Origin: an uncultured Bacilli bacterium
GTDB lineage: Bacteria > Bacillota_I > Bacilli_A > RF39 > UBA660
DNA: 51,184 bases
Direction of reading: 5' to 3'
Assembly (NCBI GenBank): GCA_947623625.1
Contig: CANQHD010000003.1
Span: 1 to 51,184 of the forward strand
The notes under the pieces are model-generated. The model did no database searches, was not told the origin of the DNA, and worked only from the letters and a program-made list of their open reading frames with translations. Position numbers and translations under genes: made by a program. Below, piece by piece: positions 28,725-39,868 of this stretch; the first letter of the stretch is position 1, and each line of letters opens with the position of its first letter.

Positions 28725-29978
28725 TCACCTCATTTTAAAGTAATTAAGAATAAGAATGAGCGTAAGACCACTCACAATGCTTAAAAAACCACAGAGTGCT
28801 ATTACATCCGCATAACCATGATTATTAACAGGCTTGGAAAAGACAAATGTATTTTCTTCTTCAAATTCCTCATCATCTTCCTCTATTTCAATAGATTCCA
28901 TTTCTTTTTCAAAAATAGGAAGTGGTATTTTTTCATCTTGTTCACTTGCATTTTCCAAATCGAATTCCTGATAAGTTGGCATTTTCTCCACAATAAAGTC
29001 AAGAGGCAAAATAGAACTAAATTGCTTATCATTTGGATATTTACTATCTAAAATTCTTGCCATGCTAATTGAGAAATCCTCGTTTTCTGCTTGAGACAAA
29101 ATTTGAGCAAAATCATCTAACTTATCTCGTCCAACAGCTTGTCTTTTAATAAAGGCAATACAAGGTTTTGATTCATCTAATTTTAACACTTCCCACTGCT
29201 GTTTAAAAGCCTCATTCACTCTTTCTTGTTCTACCTGAGATAGATGAATATGTTCTCCAATAGAGTGCAAGTTTTTCTGACAGGCATCATAATCTTTTCG
29301 ATAATAAGCAAATTTATCATAGGATGAGTCTTTCATGTAAGGACTTGTTGCAGTCATATTTGAAAAATAAGAAGGAGATGAGAGAGCATAATAGTAAGCC
29401 ATTAAAAAGCTATCTGTAATATATATAGGATGTTCTTTTTCTTCCCATCTTTTTAAAATAAAGTTTTTATAAGAATGATTTTCAAAAATATAAGCAATTT
29501 GTTTCATTTTATCAATCGGATATTGATAATTTTTTGGATCAATTCCATTGAATTCTACTTCTTCTTGAAAAACAGATGGAAAACTGTGATAGCAATAGCC
29601 ATTTACAATATAACGATTATAAATTTGCATTAAGACACTTCTTTTATTTTCATATGTATTTAAATCCGAAAGACCTAATTGTAACATAACAATTTGTCCT
29701 AGTAATGAATGGATTCCAATCACAAGTTCCTGATGATTTTTATAAAGACGAGAAAGCTTTGTAATCTCTTCTAAAAATTTATCCCAATAGGCATCATCAC
29801 CTACAATAATTTGATACTTGATGACTGCATCAGTAAATATTAGCATCGAATAAAAATTATACATTCTCTCTTCTGCATTAGGAGATACATTAGATACTTT
29901 ATGTAAAGTTTCTTTATTAGATAAAACAGAAGAAAGGAGCTTTAAAATTTGTGGATCTTTTAATTTTTTTCCAAACAT
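28725..29978 (-). CDS. Hypothetical protein with acidic linker and C-terminal TM anchor
   Basis: Long ORF; YHSF...NGIDP and IYITDS...AYYYA motifs; hydrophobic C-terminus. Confidence 0.75.
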   Translation of the reverse strand: MFGKKLKDPQILKLLSSVLSNKETLHKVSNVSPNAEERMYNFYSMLIFTDAVIKYQIIVGDDAYWDKFLEEITKLSRLYKNHQELVIGIHSLLGQIVMLQLGLSDLNTYENKRSVLMQIYNRYIVNGYCYHSFPSVFQEEVEFNGIDPKNYQYPIDKMKQIAYIFENHSYKNFILKRWEEKEHPIYITDSFLMAYYYALSSPSYFSNMTATSPYMKDSSYDKFAYYRKDYDACQKNLHSIGEHIHLSQVEQERVNEAFKQQWEVLKLDESKPCIAFIKRQAVGRDKLDDFAQILSQAENEDFSISMARILDSKYPNDKQFSSILPLDFIVEKMPTYQEFDLENASEQDEKIPLPIFEKEMESIEIEEDDEEFEEENTFVFSKPVNNHGYADVIALCGFLSIVSGLTLILILNYFKMR

Positions 29979-30138
29979 AATAACTCCTCTCATAATAAAG
30001 ATAAGTATTTTTGAACACCAACTTTATCATTTTTCATTCATTGATTTTTAATGATTTCTCTTTTCCGTATTATAATTAGATTATATCAAAATCTTCTATA
30101 ATTGACAATTAAATTCAAGTAAAAAAGCCAACATGTGG

Positions 30139-32289
30139 CTAAATACTTTCAATTTCATCTTGAGCCATTCCCTGCCCTATTGTTGGAATGGATACTTCTG
30201 GAATTGGATTCATTCCAGTGGTGAAACTTGGATTATTCACAGGTTCTTGAGCAATAACTTGAGATGGTGGAAATGGGATTCCTGGTACCAATTGAGGTGG
30301 TGCTTGTGAAGCATTTTCTGAAGGCATTACAAATGTAGGCTGTGGTGGAATCGGTGGTCCTGATACTGGTGGCTGTTCAATTACTATGGATGGTGCGTTA
30401 TTTGGCTGAGGAGGAGGTGTTGGAACAGATGGCTCATTATTCACAGGTATCGGTGCCGAATAACTAGGTGTTACTTCCGGAACGACATTTGTAGGAGCTT
30501 GATTGACAGGAGCAGATGTCGCTGGGGCTTGTTGTTTATTTCCCGTCCAAATAGATGTAACAGCACAGTTACCACTTCTAGGCTCTGGATTTGGCATTGC
30601 AAGTTTGACAATTAATGGTATTTTAAACGCCATTCCAAAAGCTAAACAAGTTCCTGCCTGCAAACTTTTTTGTTTTTCAACAATTTCTTCACTGATATTT
30701 GGAACCATTTTTTTAATATAGTCCACGTCTGTTGGGTGATTCATTTTAAATATTAAGAAATTAGAACATTGAGAAATAACGGTATCAGAAAGCTCCACAG
30801 GGCGCTGTGAAATAAGTCCTAAAATGACACCATATTTACGTCCTTCTTTGGCAACACGATCAAAGATATTGTACCCTATTAAAAATTGATCGGTATCATG
30901 TTGAATATAACGATGTGCTTCTTCAACAATAATATGAAATGGTATACTTGCCCTATCTTTTAAAGATTTTGCAAATTCAAAGATAAGTCTTGTATAAATT
31001 TTAGTAATAACTTTCGCAAAAGAGTCATCGACATCATCTAAATTAATATTGACAATTTGATATTTAACACCATTTTGAATCAATAAATTAGAAAGATATG
31101 CTTCAAGAGAAATATACTCTTTTACATCAAAGTATTTTGCTTGGTCGGATGTTATTAAGGAATGAAGTCTTACTCGAATCGTAACAGCATCGCCATATGT
31201 ATTTTCATTTCGAAGCCATCCTTCACTAATTAAAGTAAAGTTAAGAGCTTTCTCTAAATCTTGAAGGGTGTAAAAACACTCTCCATGTGGCTCATAATCA
31301 TCGTATTTTGGATCAATAAAACTAGAGACATATTCTGTTAATAAAACGCTTTCTGTAAATTGTCCTTGAGAGTCGATTAAAAAACATTCTCTAAATTTTC
31401 GAACATAACCAATTCCTTGAATAGGAGACTCCAAATTAAACTCTGGTGTAGAACATGACCCAATGATTGAGAAAATATCATTTCTTTTATTTGGGGAAGT
31501 TTGATTGGTATAGAGAGTTGCCATAATTGCTTTTGCGATTAAATGATTTTTAAATGCATTGGCATCCATATCACTTTGAGCAAAACTGCGTACAAGTTTT
31601 AACATTCTTTCAATAATTGGAAGTTGAGAGTGTTCAGTTACTTGTAAAAGAAGGGCTAAATCATCACAGTTTAAAAGCCAAATTGGTAAACGAAGTGGAT
31701 CACCTTTAGCTTCTGTTTCATTGGTTGTGAAAAATTTATAATGATAATTTGCATTAATTTGATTAATGTCTTTAAAGGCATTATAATATTCACCAGATGA
31801 GTCAAAAAGTAAAATATTGGATTTATAAGGAAAAAGTCGCATATCTTCAAACATATTCTGAAATATTCTTGAAACACCACATGATTTACCGCTTCCACTG
31901 TTTCCTAAAATAGCAAAGTGATTACTAAAGAAATTATCAACATCTAGATAGACGGGAAAATCATTATAATAAGGACTAAAGCCAAGGGGCATATAACCTA
32001 CTTTATCTTCTCCTGTAATTAATGGTATTTCATTTTGCTCAATAACACGTATCTTTGCATCCAAGCTTGGCTTTCGTAGAACACCACCAATTAGCCGTCC
32101 GTTTTTAATTTCACCTAAAAATCTTGCTTTAACAATTCCTTCTGATAAATCATCTACTTCACCTAAAATTGTTTTTTCACTATCCTCAAAAACTAAATGT
32201 AAATTCATTAAATTCATTTTTACTTCAGCATTCTCTTTTAATTTAATATTAGCTGAATGATCACTGATATAAATAATTTTGTCAAACAT
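30139..32289 (-). CDS. HerA/DUF87-family P-loop ATPase with Pro-rich C-terminal tail
   Basis: HFAILGNSGSGKS, IIVEEAHRY, RVAKEGRKYG, ISQRP.ELS.TVISQC; about 130-aa P/Q/N-rich tail. Confidence 0.88.
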   Translation of the reverse strand: MFDKIIYISDHSANIKLKENAEVKMNLMNLHLVFEDSEKTILGEVDDLSEGIVKARFLGEIKNGRLIGGVLRKPSLDAKIRVIEQNEIPLITGEDKVGYMPLGFSPYYNDFPVYLDVDNFFSNHFAILGNSGSGKSCGVSRIFQNMFEDMRLFPYKSNILLFDSSGEYYNAFKDINQINANYHYKFFTTNETEAKGDPLRLPIWLLNCDDLALLLQVTEHSQLPIIERMLKLVRSFAQSDMDANAFKNHLIAKAIMATLYTNQTSPNKRNDIFSIIGSCSTPEFNLESPIQGIGYVRKFRECFLIDSQGQFTESVLLTEYVSSFIDPKYDDYEPHGECFYTLQDLEKALNFTLISEGWLRNENTYGDAVTIRVRLHSLITSDQAKYFDVKEYISLEAYLSNLLIQNGVKYQIVNINLDDVDDSFAKVITKIYTRLIFEFAKSLKDRASIPFHIIVEEAHRYIQHDTDQFLIGYNIFDRVAKEGRKYGVILGLISQRPVELSDTVISQCSNFLIFKMNHPTDVDYIKKMVPNISEEIVEKQKSLQAGTCLAFGMAFKIPLIVKLAMPNPEPRSGNCAVTSIWTGNKQQAPATSAPVNQAPTNVVPEVTPSYSAPIPVNNEPSVPTPPPQPNNAPSIVIEQPPVSGPPIPPQPTFVMPSENASQAPPQLVPGIPFPPSQVIAQEPVNNPSFTTGMNPIPEVSIPTIGQGMAQDEIESI

Positions 32290-32406
32290 AATAATTCCCC
32301 TATCTTTCTTTATATAATTAGTATACAAAATCTTTGTTTTTTTTTCAACAAGATTCAGTAAAATTACAAGGGGACTTTATCATTTATTCCTATTTTTTTT
32401 CTTATT

Positions 32407-32712
32407 TTAGTCAAGTTCTTCAATAATTTTAGTAAGACGCTGTTGAATATTTTTCTCTTTTATATCTTCCTTTAAAGTAGAAAGTTCTCTTTTTAATTTA
32501 TAAAGATGTAATTTCTGTTCATAATCTTCAAGTTTTTTACAAACATCTTTGACTTGTTTATAAATAGCATTTCGACTTTTATTTTCATTAAAAGCAATTT
32601 CTCCAAAAGAAAGATTATAGAAATAGTAACTTTCATAATAGGCTCTTTGTTTTTCTGTCAATAACGATTGATAACAGTCATATAACGCATTATAGTAAAG
32701 AACTTCTTTCAT
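32407..32712 (-). CDS. ylxM: YlxM (SRP-associated HTH protein)
   Basis: LYDCYQSLLTEKQ..Y...YY..NLS.GEIA...SRNAIY; lies after ftsY. Confidence 0.88.
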   Translation of the reverse strand: MKEVLYYNALYDCYQSLLTEKQRAYYESYYFYNLSFGEIAFNENKSRNAIYKQVKDVCKKLEDYEQKLHLYKLKRELSTLKEDIKEKNIQQRLTKIIEELD

Positions 32713-33005
32713 TTAAATATATCTCCTACAATTGCAATAATCGACATACAAACTAGCAATAATCCAATGATAACATAAAGAATTGTGCCACCATTTCTTT
32801 TATAAAAAAGCGCATTATTCAGTGCAATATCAAGCAGCGTAATTCCTAAAGAAAGTTCAAACCAAGGAAGGAATGTTCCCTTAAAAAGTGTTATAACACC
32901 AAGAATGAGCATGACAATTGTTAAAATTGCTTGTAAGTATAGCATCGGATAAGATATTTTAACAGTAGGCGTCTTTTCTTTTATTTTATTTTGACTCTTA
33001 CTCAT
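32709..33005 (-). CDS. Small membrane protein, hypothetical
   Basis: Three TM segments; coupled to ftsY and ylxM. Confidence 0.7.
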   Translation of the reverse strand: MSKSQNKIKEKTPTVKISYPMLYLQAILTIVMLILGVITLFKGTFLPWFELSLGITLLDIALNNALFYKRNGGTILYVIIGLLLVCMSIIAIVGDIFK

Positions 33006-34188
33006 TTTCTTCATCTCCTATAAAATCTTTAAAGAGTCCATATATATACTTTTCAATATCAAAAACTTGTAAGTCCTCTTCTCTTTCGCCAAGACCAATA
33101 TATTTAACAGGAAGACCTACTTCTTCTTTGATTGCTAGGACAATTCCACCTTTGGCAGTTCCATCTAATTTTGTTAAAACAATTCCCGTAAGTTTTACAA
33201 TTTCTTTAAAGCTTTTTGCTTGAGCAATTCCATTTTGACCTGTTGTAGCATCTAAAACTAAAAGAGTTTCATTGGGTTCTTTTCCCATAATTCCTTGAAT
33301 AACTCGATTGATTTTTTCAAGTTCTCTCATTAAATAATCTTTATTTTGAAGTCTACCTGCTGTATCAATTAAAATAACATCATAGTTTTCACTTTTTCCA
33401 CGTGTAACGCCATCAAAGACAACACTTGCAGGATCAACGCCTTCTTCTTTTCCATAAAAATCAACGCCTATTTTTTCACTCCAATTTTTAAGTTGCATAA
33501 CAGCACCTGCTCGAAAAGTATCTCCTGCAACTAATAATACTTTTTTTCCTTCATTTTTCATGCGATATGCAAGTTTAGCAATGGTCGTTGTTTTTCCAAC
33601 CCCATTCACTCCTACAAATAAAAGAACGGTTGGACCATTTTCACTATATTCTATCTTATTAGAAAGCACTTCACCACTGACATAAATGATAAATAATTCA
33701 TCAACAATGACTTCTTTTAAGTCAAGTGGTGACTCTATTTTTTCATCTTGAACACGCTTTTTCAACTTATCAATAAAACGCATGACTGTCTCAACACCAA
33801 TATCTGCCATGATTAAAATTTCTTCTAATTCATCAAAATACGTTGCTTCTATTTTTTTATATTTATTGGTTAAATCTTGTAATTTAGAAATAAAAGATTT
33901 TCTTGATTTTGTAAGTCCTTTCTCATAAATTTTGACTTCTTTTTCCTCAGTGCTTGGAAGAATTTGTTCCTTTTCTTCTGTTTCGATATTTATCTGTTCA
34001 TGCTCGTCTTTATCAGGTTTTTCTGGAACTGAAATTGATGAAGTTGCTTCATTTTCTCTTTCTTCTTGAATAACTGTTTCCACTTGTTTTTCATCTTTCG
34101 AAGAGATTTCTTCTTCTATAGTAGTTTTTTCTTCTTTTTCCTTTTTTTTGCTAGACCATTTTTCTTTCCATTTATCAAAAAATCCCAT
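32998..34188 (-). CDS. ftsY: SRP receptor FtsY
   Basis: Acidic N-terminus, GVNGVGKTTT, DTFRAGA, DTAGRLQ, TKLDGTAKGG. Confidence 0.98.
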   Translation of the reverse strand: MGFFDKWKEKWSSKKKEKEEKTTIEEEISSKDEKQVETVIQEERENEATSSISVPEKPDKDEHEQINIETEEKEQILPSTEEKEVKIYEKGLTKSRKSFISKLQDLTNKYKKIEATYFDELEEILIMADIGVETVMRFIDKLKKRVQDEKIESPLDLKEVIVDELFIIYVSGEVLSNKIEYSENGPTVLLFVGVNGVGKTTTIAKLAYRMKNEGKKVLLVAGDTFRAGAVMQLKNWSEKIGVDFYGKEEGVDPASVVFDGVTRGKSENYDVILIDTAGRLQNKDYLMRELEKINRVIQGIMGKEPNETLLVLDATTGQNGIAQAKSFKEIVKLTGIVLTKLDGTAKGGIVLAIKEEVGLPVKYIGLGEREEDLQVFDIEKYIYGLFKDFIGDEENE

Positions 34189-34381
34189 AATATCACCACT
34201 TGTATTTTAACAAAGTTTTTTATCTTATTCAAACTATTATTGCAAACAATTTCTTAGTGCACACAAACCAAATTTGATTTATTTTCATGGAAGAATCTAG
34301 ACATTTTCCCATCTTTATAGTATAATCTTACTTGGTTAGTTCTTTTAGTAACTGAATAAAGAAAGGAGATTTTTATTTATT

Positions 34382-36052
34382 ATGAGTAAACCAAATGAAA
34401 CAAAGGTAATTGTTTTAGGTGGTTTAGGAGAAGTCGGAAAAAACATGTATTGTATAATGCATGATGATGAAATTATTATAATTGATGCCGGAGTTAGTTT
34501 TCCAGAAGGTGAACTTTTGGGAATTGATTATGTATTACCAGATTATTCTTTTTTAAAATTAAATGAAGCAAAAATTAAAGCTCTATTTATTACACATGGT
34601 CATGAAGATCATATTGGAGCAATTCCTTTTTTACTTCAAAGTGTGAATATTCCTGCAATTTATGCACCAAATCAAGCCAAAGAATTAATTGCATTAAAAT
34701 TAGAAGATAGAAATATTCGTTATGATAATTTATATGTATATCATGAAGATACTGTTGTAAAATTTAAAAACTTGCAGGTAGAGTTTTTTCGCACAACACA
34801 TTCTATTCCAGATTCTCATGGGATTTTAATTAAAACTCCAAATGGTAATATTGTAACAACTGGAGATTTTAAATTCGACTTAACTCCTATCGGACCTATG
34901 GCTGACCTTTATAAAATGGCGATTATTGGACATGATGGTGTTGACTTATTAATTAGTGATAGTACTAATGCTTTAGATGAAGGAATGTCTGTTAGTGAAA
35001 GTCGCGTAGATGATGCTTTAGCAGATATTTTTAATCGCTATAAATATAATCGAATTATTATTGCGACCTTTGCATCTAATATCTATCGTTTAAAACATAT
35101 TTTTGAATCTTGCTATCAACATGGTAGAAAAATTTGTGTTTTCGGTAGAAGTATGCAAAACAATATTGACATTTCTATTAAGGGTGGCTACATTGATCAC
35201 AAAGAATTACTCGTCAGTGCTGAAGTTGCAAATACACTAAAGCCTGGTGAAGTCACAATTCTTTGTACAGGTAGTCAAGGGGAACCTCTTGCAGCTCTTT
35301 CTAGAATTGCAGATGGGACACACAAACAAATCAAATTACGACCAGATGACATCGTTATCTTCTCAAGTAGTGCTATCCCAGGAAATGCTCTTAGTATTTC
35401 AAAGACAATTAATAAACTTTATTTAAAAGGTGTTCAAGTTTTCACAAATATGCTTTATAGTGACTTACATACATCTGGACATGCAAAGCAAGAAGAATTA
35501 AAGTTGATGATTCGTCTTATTAATCCACATTATTTAATGCCTTTTCACGGAGACTATCGCATGTTAAAACGTCATGCAAATTTAGGTGTTGAATGTGGTA
35601 TCCCACCAGAGAATACTTTTATTCTTAAAAATGGAGACAGTCTTATTTTAAAAAATCATATAGTAACTAAAGGAGAAAGCTATCCAAATAATGATATTTA
35701 TGTAGATGGTAATCGGATTGGAGAAATTTCTGGAGCCGTTTTGCGTGATCGAAAAGTAATGGCTAATGATGGAATTTTAGTTGTTATTGCAAATATCAAC
35801 ATGCAAAAAAGAGAATTATTAATTAAGCCTAATATTACAACACGTGGATTTATTATGGTGAATGAAAATGAAGAACTCTTAAAGAAAATTGAACATCAAG
35901 CTACTAAAACAATCAAGTTAAAACTTGCAGATCATAGTAGTAGTTATACGGATATTAAAAATCAGATTGTCGCAGATTTATGTCCTTATATTTTAGAACT
36001 AACTGGTAGAAGACCCATTATTCTTCCTGTTATTTTAGATGCTAAAAAGTAA
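34382..36052 (+). CDS. rnj: Ribonuclease J
   Basis: LGGLGEVGKN, THGHEDHIG, HSIPD, GSQGEP, HTSGH. Confidence 0.97.
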   Translation: MSKPNETKVIVLGGLGEVGKNMYCIMHDDEIIIIDAGVSFPEGELLGIDYVLPDYSFLKLNEAKIKALFITHGHEDHIGAIPFLLQSVNIPAIYAPNQAKELIALKLEDRNIRYDNLYVYHEDTVVKFKNLQVEFFRTTHSIPDSHGILIKTPNGNIVTTGDFKFDLTPIGPMADLYKMAIIGHDGVDLLISDSTNALDEGMSVSESRVDDALADIFNRYKYNRIIIATFASNIYRLKHIFESCYQHGRKICVFGRSMQNNIDISIKGGYIDHKELLVSAEVANTLKPGEVTILCTGSQGEPLAALSRIADGTHKQIKLRPDDIVIFSSSAIPGNALSISKTINKLYLKGVQVFTNMLYSDLHTSGHAKQEELKLMIRLINPHYLMPFHGDYRMLKRHANLGVECGIPPENTFILKNGDSLILKNHIVTKGESYPNNDIYVDGNRIGEISGAVLRDRKVMANDGILVVIANINMQKRELLIKPNITTRGFIMVNENEELLKKIEHQATKTIKLKLADHSSSYTDIKNQIVADLCPYILELTGRRPIILPVILDAKK

Positions 36053-36079
36053 CTTTTCTTTTAAAGAAGAGTTTTTTTT
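36051..36079 (+). terminator. Terminator between rnj and rny
   Basis: aacttttctt...aagaagagtt followed by a T-run. Confidence 0.65.
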
Positions 36080-36111
36080 ATTGGGAAAATTAAGACCGCA
36101 AAAAAAGAAGC

Positions 36112-37677
36112 TTACTTTGCTTCTTCTTGTGCTCTTGTTTCACGAATAACTGTAATTTTGATTGTTCCAGGATATTTCATAGTTTCTTCTATTTTTTCTT
36201 TGATTTCTCGAGCGACTTGATGTGCTTGTAAGTCATCTATTTCTAATGGTTTTACAATCACACGAAGTTCCCTTCCAGCTTGCATAGCATAGGTTTTATC
36301 AACGCCTTCTATTCCATTGGCAACTTCTTCAAGTTGTGATAAACGCTGAATATAATTTTCAAGTGAGTCATTTCTTGCACCAGGACGTGACGCAGATAAT
36401 GTATCTGCAATAGCAACTAAAACAGAGATAATACTCGTTGCTTTCATATCACCATGATGAGAAGCTATCGCATTGACAATCACTTCATTTTCATGGTATT
36501 TTTTGGCTAAATTTTTTCCAATATCTACATGACTTCCTTCGATTTCATGATCAATTGCTTTTCCAATATCATGTAAAAGACCTGCTCTTTTTGCAAGAAG
36601 GACATTTTCTCCAACTTCTCCAGCTAGTAGCCCCGTTAACTCAGCAACTTCTTTTGAATGTTGCAATGCGTTTTGCCCATAACTTGTTCGAAAATGAAGT
36701 TTACCAACAAGTTCTACCAACTCAGGTGCCATTTTTGTAATTCCTAATTCAAATAAGGTCGTATTTCCATATTCTAGTATCTTATCTTTCATTTCTTTGC
36801 ATACTTTATCATACACTTCTTCAATTCGAGTTGGATGAATTCTTCCATCCTTAATAAGCGTTTCTAATGTTACTCTTGCAATTTCTCTTCGATAAGGATC
36901 AAAACTTGATAAAACAACTGCTTCTGGTGTATCATCAATAATTAAATCAACACCTGTAATTGCTTCAAGAGTTCGAATATTTCTTCCTTCCCTACCAATA
37001 ATTCTTCCTTTCATATCTTCACTTGGTAAATTCACCACAGTGACCGTTTGCTCATTTGCAATATCTGCAGCATATCGTTGCATAGATGAGACAATCATCT
37101 CTCTTGCTTTGCTAGAAGCATTTAATTTTGCTTCTTCTTCCTGTTCGCTCATATAAAGAGCAATTTCTCTATCCATGGCATCTTTTACGTTATTCATAAT
37201 TTGTTCTTTTGCTTTTTCTCGACTGTAGCCTGAAATTTTTTCAAGTAAATCCAATTGTTGCTTTTTTATATCATCCACTTTATCTTGTTCTTGTTGAATT
37301 TGTTTTCCACGTTCCGTTAATTTTTGTTCACGTTCATCAAGGGCAGTCTCGCGTTTTTGATAAAGTTCATCACGTTTATCCATACTTTTTTCACGTTGTA
37401 AAATTCTTTGTTCTTGTTCTTTTAATTCATTTTTTTTCTCTTTAATTTCTTGTTCTGTTTCTAATTTTAAGCGATGAGCTTCTTCTTTGACTTCTATTAT
37501 AGAATCTCTTTTATAATCTTCTGCTTCTTTTTTAGCATTTTGAAGCATTTTTTCAATCTTTTTTTCTGTTTTAGATTCTTTTAAAGTATTGAAAACAAAA
37601 ATAACGACGAAACAGATTACAAATCCAACGATGATCAATAAAACTGGAGTCATCATTTGATCCATAAGTTCCTCCAT
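36112..37677 (-). CDS. rny: Ribonuclease Y
   Basis: N-terminal TM, coiled coil, KH ([13 protein letters not shown]), HD (LLHDIGK). Confidence 0.98.
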   Translation of the reverse strand: MEELMDQMMTPVLLIIVGFVICFVVIFVFNTLKESKTEKKIEKMLQNAKKEAEDYKRDSIIEVKEEAHRLKLETEQEIKEKKNELKEQEQRILQREKSMDKRDELYQKRETALDEREQKLTERGKQIQQEQDKVDDIKKQQLDLLEKISGYSREKAKEQIMNNVKDAMDREIALYMSEQEEEAKLNASSKAREMIVSSMQRYAADIANEQTVTVVNLPSEDMKGRIIGREGRNIRTLEAITGVDLIIDDTPEAVVLSSFDPYRREIARVTLETLIKDGRIHPTRIEEVYDKVCKEMKDKILEYGNTTLFELGITKMAPELVELVGKLHFRTSYGQNALQHSKEVAELTGLLAGEVGENVLLAKRAGLLHDIGKAIDHEIEGSHVDIGKNLAKKYHENEVIVNAIASHHGDMKATSIISVLVAIADTLSASRPGARNDSLENYIQRLSQLEEVANGIEGVDKTYAMQAGRELRVIVKPLEIDDLQAHQVAREIKEKIEETMKYPGTIKITVIRETRAQEEAK

Positions 37678-37756
37678 CTAGAATTGATAATTTAAAACCA
37701 TCATTCTAGCTTTATTGTAAAATGAAAGAAGTTTGATGTCAAGGAAAAGAAAAGTT

Positions 37757-38536
37757 CTAACGAGTCATCCGATATTGTTTCACAATTTTATCTATTTGCT
37801 CTACGTAACCACTAGGTACATGACTTTTTCCTAAGCTCGCTTCAGCGTGAAGAGTACTCAATTGCTCTATTGCTTGAAAAGCTGAAGGCAAAATGGGTGC
37901 TAGCTTTTCATTAAACTCAAGAATTACCTCTTTACTTCCATCAATAAGACTCTCATTTAATTTTTCTTTTCCAACAACTTCTTTTAAAAACTTTGCGCCT
38001 TGATAAGCAACTTGATAAGATGGAGCCAAATAAAATGGATGATCTAACCTAGTTAAGAGTTCTTCCTGAACTAAAGCAGCACATCCTTCAGTCCACATCG
38101 GATATATTTGAACATCACCAGCGAATGATTTCAAACAAAATCCATTTCGAAGATAAATACCCGTTTTATCTTTCAGCAAAAAATTTTTTACCCCAAAAAG
38201 AGCATGTCCATAAAGTTCATGAGCAAGAGCATTTTCAATGGATATTCTTGATTCATTTCCTCTACAAAGAACATATTTTTCATAATGAGAAAATGTATTG
38301 ACAAGGAAAAAAGAAGAAATATTATGCATGCAAGGTAATTTAATAGAAACTTCATCTCCTAATATCAATTGGATTGCTTTTTTTAAAGAATCTTTTTTCA
38401 TATCATAAATCATGGTTGTTTGAATCGTTTGATCAATCTCACTTTGATATTTTTCTCCATAATAATCAATTGCTGCATAATAAAGTTTTTCATTGATTTG
38501 TTGAATTTTCTTTTGATTATTTCTTAAAGCTAACAT
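37757..38536 (-). CDS. Hypothetical protein, possible zincin-like metallopeptidase
   Basis: ALAHELYGHA and downstream WTEG; SD AGAGGGG. Confidence 0.65.
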   Translation of the reverse strand: MLALRNNQKKIQQINEKLYYAAIDYYGEKYQSEIDQTIQTTMIYDMKKDSLKKAIQLILGDEVSIKLPCMHNISSFFLVNTFSHYEKYVLCRGNESRISIENALAHELYGHALFGVKNFLLKDKTGIYLRNGFCLKSFAGDVQIYPMWTEGCAALVQEELLTRLDHPFYLAPSYQVAYQGAKFLKEVVGKEKLNESLIDGSKEVILEFNEKLAPILPSAFQAIEQLSTLHAEASLGKSHVPSGYVEQIDKIVKQYRMTR

Positions 38537-38596
38537 GAAATCCCCTCTTTAAATGCTCATATTATAGCACATTTTAAAGAAAAGGAAGCAAAATTT

Positions 38597-39619
38597 TTAA
38601 GATTTTTTCTTTAAAGAAATACCATAATACTCTCTTACCTTTTGTTCCAATTCTTCTTTTAATTCTACTTGTTCTTTCAAAAGTAGCTTTACATTTTCTT
38701 TTCCTTGTCCTAGTTTTTCACCATGATAACTATACCAAGCACCTGATTTTTCAATAATGCCAGCATCTGTTCCTAAATCAATAATTTCGCCTTCCCGTGA
38801 AACACCTTCTCCATACATAATATCAACGGTTGCTGTTTTAAAAGGAGGCGCTACTTTATTTTTTACAACTTTAATTGTTGTTTTATTTCCAACGACTCCA
38901 TCCCCCATTTTTAATTGTTCATTCCGACGAACATCTAAACGAATTGTTGAATAGAACTTAAGAGCTCTACCACCAGGAGTTGTTTCAGGATTTCCATACA
39001 TAACCCCTACTTTTTCTCGAAGTTGATTAATAAAAATAGCAATCGTATTTGTTTTATTAATTGTCCCTGATAATTTCCGTAATGCTTGACTCATTAATCT
39101 TGCTTGTAATCCTACATGGGAATCCCCCATTTCTCCATCTATTTCTGCTTGAGGAACTAAAGCTGCTACTGAATCAATTACAATAATACTTACTGCTTCA
39201 CTTCGAACCAATGCTTCACAAATTTCAAGTGCTTGTTCTCCAGTATCTGGCTGGGATAATAACAATGAATTCGTATCAACACCTAATCTTTTCGCATAAA
39301 CTGGATCAAGAGCATGCTCTGCATCAATAAACGCAGCACGCCCTCCCTGCTTTTGAACCTCTGCAATTGCTTGTAGAGCAAAAGTTGTTTTTCCACTCGA
39401 CTCAGGTCCATATATTTCAATAATTCTCCCTTTCGGATATCCTCCAACTCCAAGCGCAATATCTAACGACAAACAACCACTAGATATGACATCTATTTTC
39501 ATATGTGCATTTTCTCCTAAACACATAATAGAACCTTTACCAAATTGTTTTTCAATATTAGCAATCACTTGCTCTAATTCTTTTTTCTTTTCTTCATCTT
39601 TAACAACTGTTTTTGCCAT
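38597..39619 (-). CDS. recA: Recombinase RecA
   Basis: [34 protein letters not shown]. Confidence 0.99.
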   Translation of the reverse strand: MAKTVVKDEEKKKELEQVIANIEKQFGKGSIMCLGENAHMKIDVISSGCLSLDIALGVGGYPKGRIIEIYGPESSGKTTFALQAIAEVQKQGGRAAFIDAEHALDPVYAKRLGVDTNSLLLSQPDTGEQALEICEALVRSEAVSIIVIDSVAALVPQAEIDGEMGDSHVGLQARLMSQALRKLSGTINKTNTIAIFINQLREKVGVMYGNPETTPGGRALKFYSTIRLDVRRNEQLKMGDGVVGNKTTIKVVKNKVAPPFKTATVDIMYGEGVSREGEIIDLGTDAGIIEKSGAWYSYHGEKLGQGKENVKLLLKEQVELKEELEQKVREYYGISLKKKS

Positions 39620-39653
39620 ATCAACATAAACCTCCAATACTCGTTACAAATTC

Positions 39654-39707
39654 ATTCTAACATTACTAAAATTAAGAAGTCAAGCATTATTTTCAAACAA
39701 TTGTTTG
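39654..39707 (-). promoter_or_regulatory. recA sigmaA promoter with upstream SOS-box-like palindrome
   Basis: TTGACT (39683-39678), 18 bp, TGnTAGAAT. CAAACAATTGTTTG at 39694-39707 resembles CGAAC-N4-GTTCG. Confidence 0.65.
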
Positions 39708-39868
39708 TTATTTTTTAGAACTAAATTAAAGCAAATTTTACATTTTTCTTTATTCTATTTAGCAAACTTTTCATTTTTTCTCTTCACAGTGACTTTATTT
39801 GACAAATGAAGACCTTCTCTTTCACAAATAAAAAACAAAAAAAACGCTTTAAAGTAGCGCTTTATGAC

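Noticed and set aside
30139..30540. GC-richer patch as a foreign insertion
   Set aside because: Explained by Pro-rich codons in the in-frame tail of the HerA-like ATPase.
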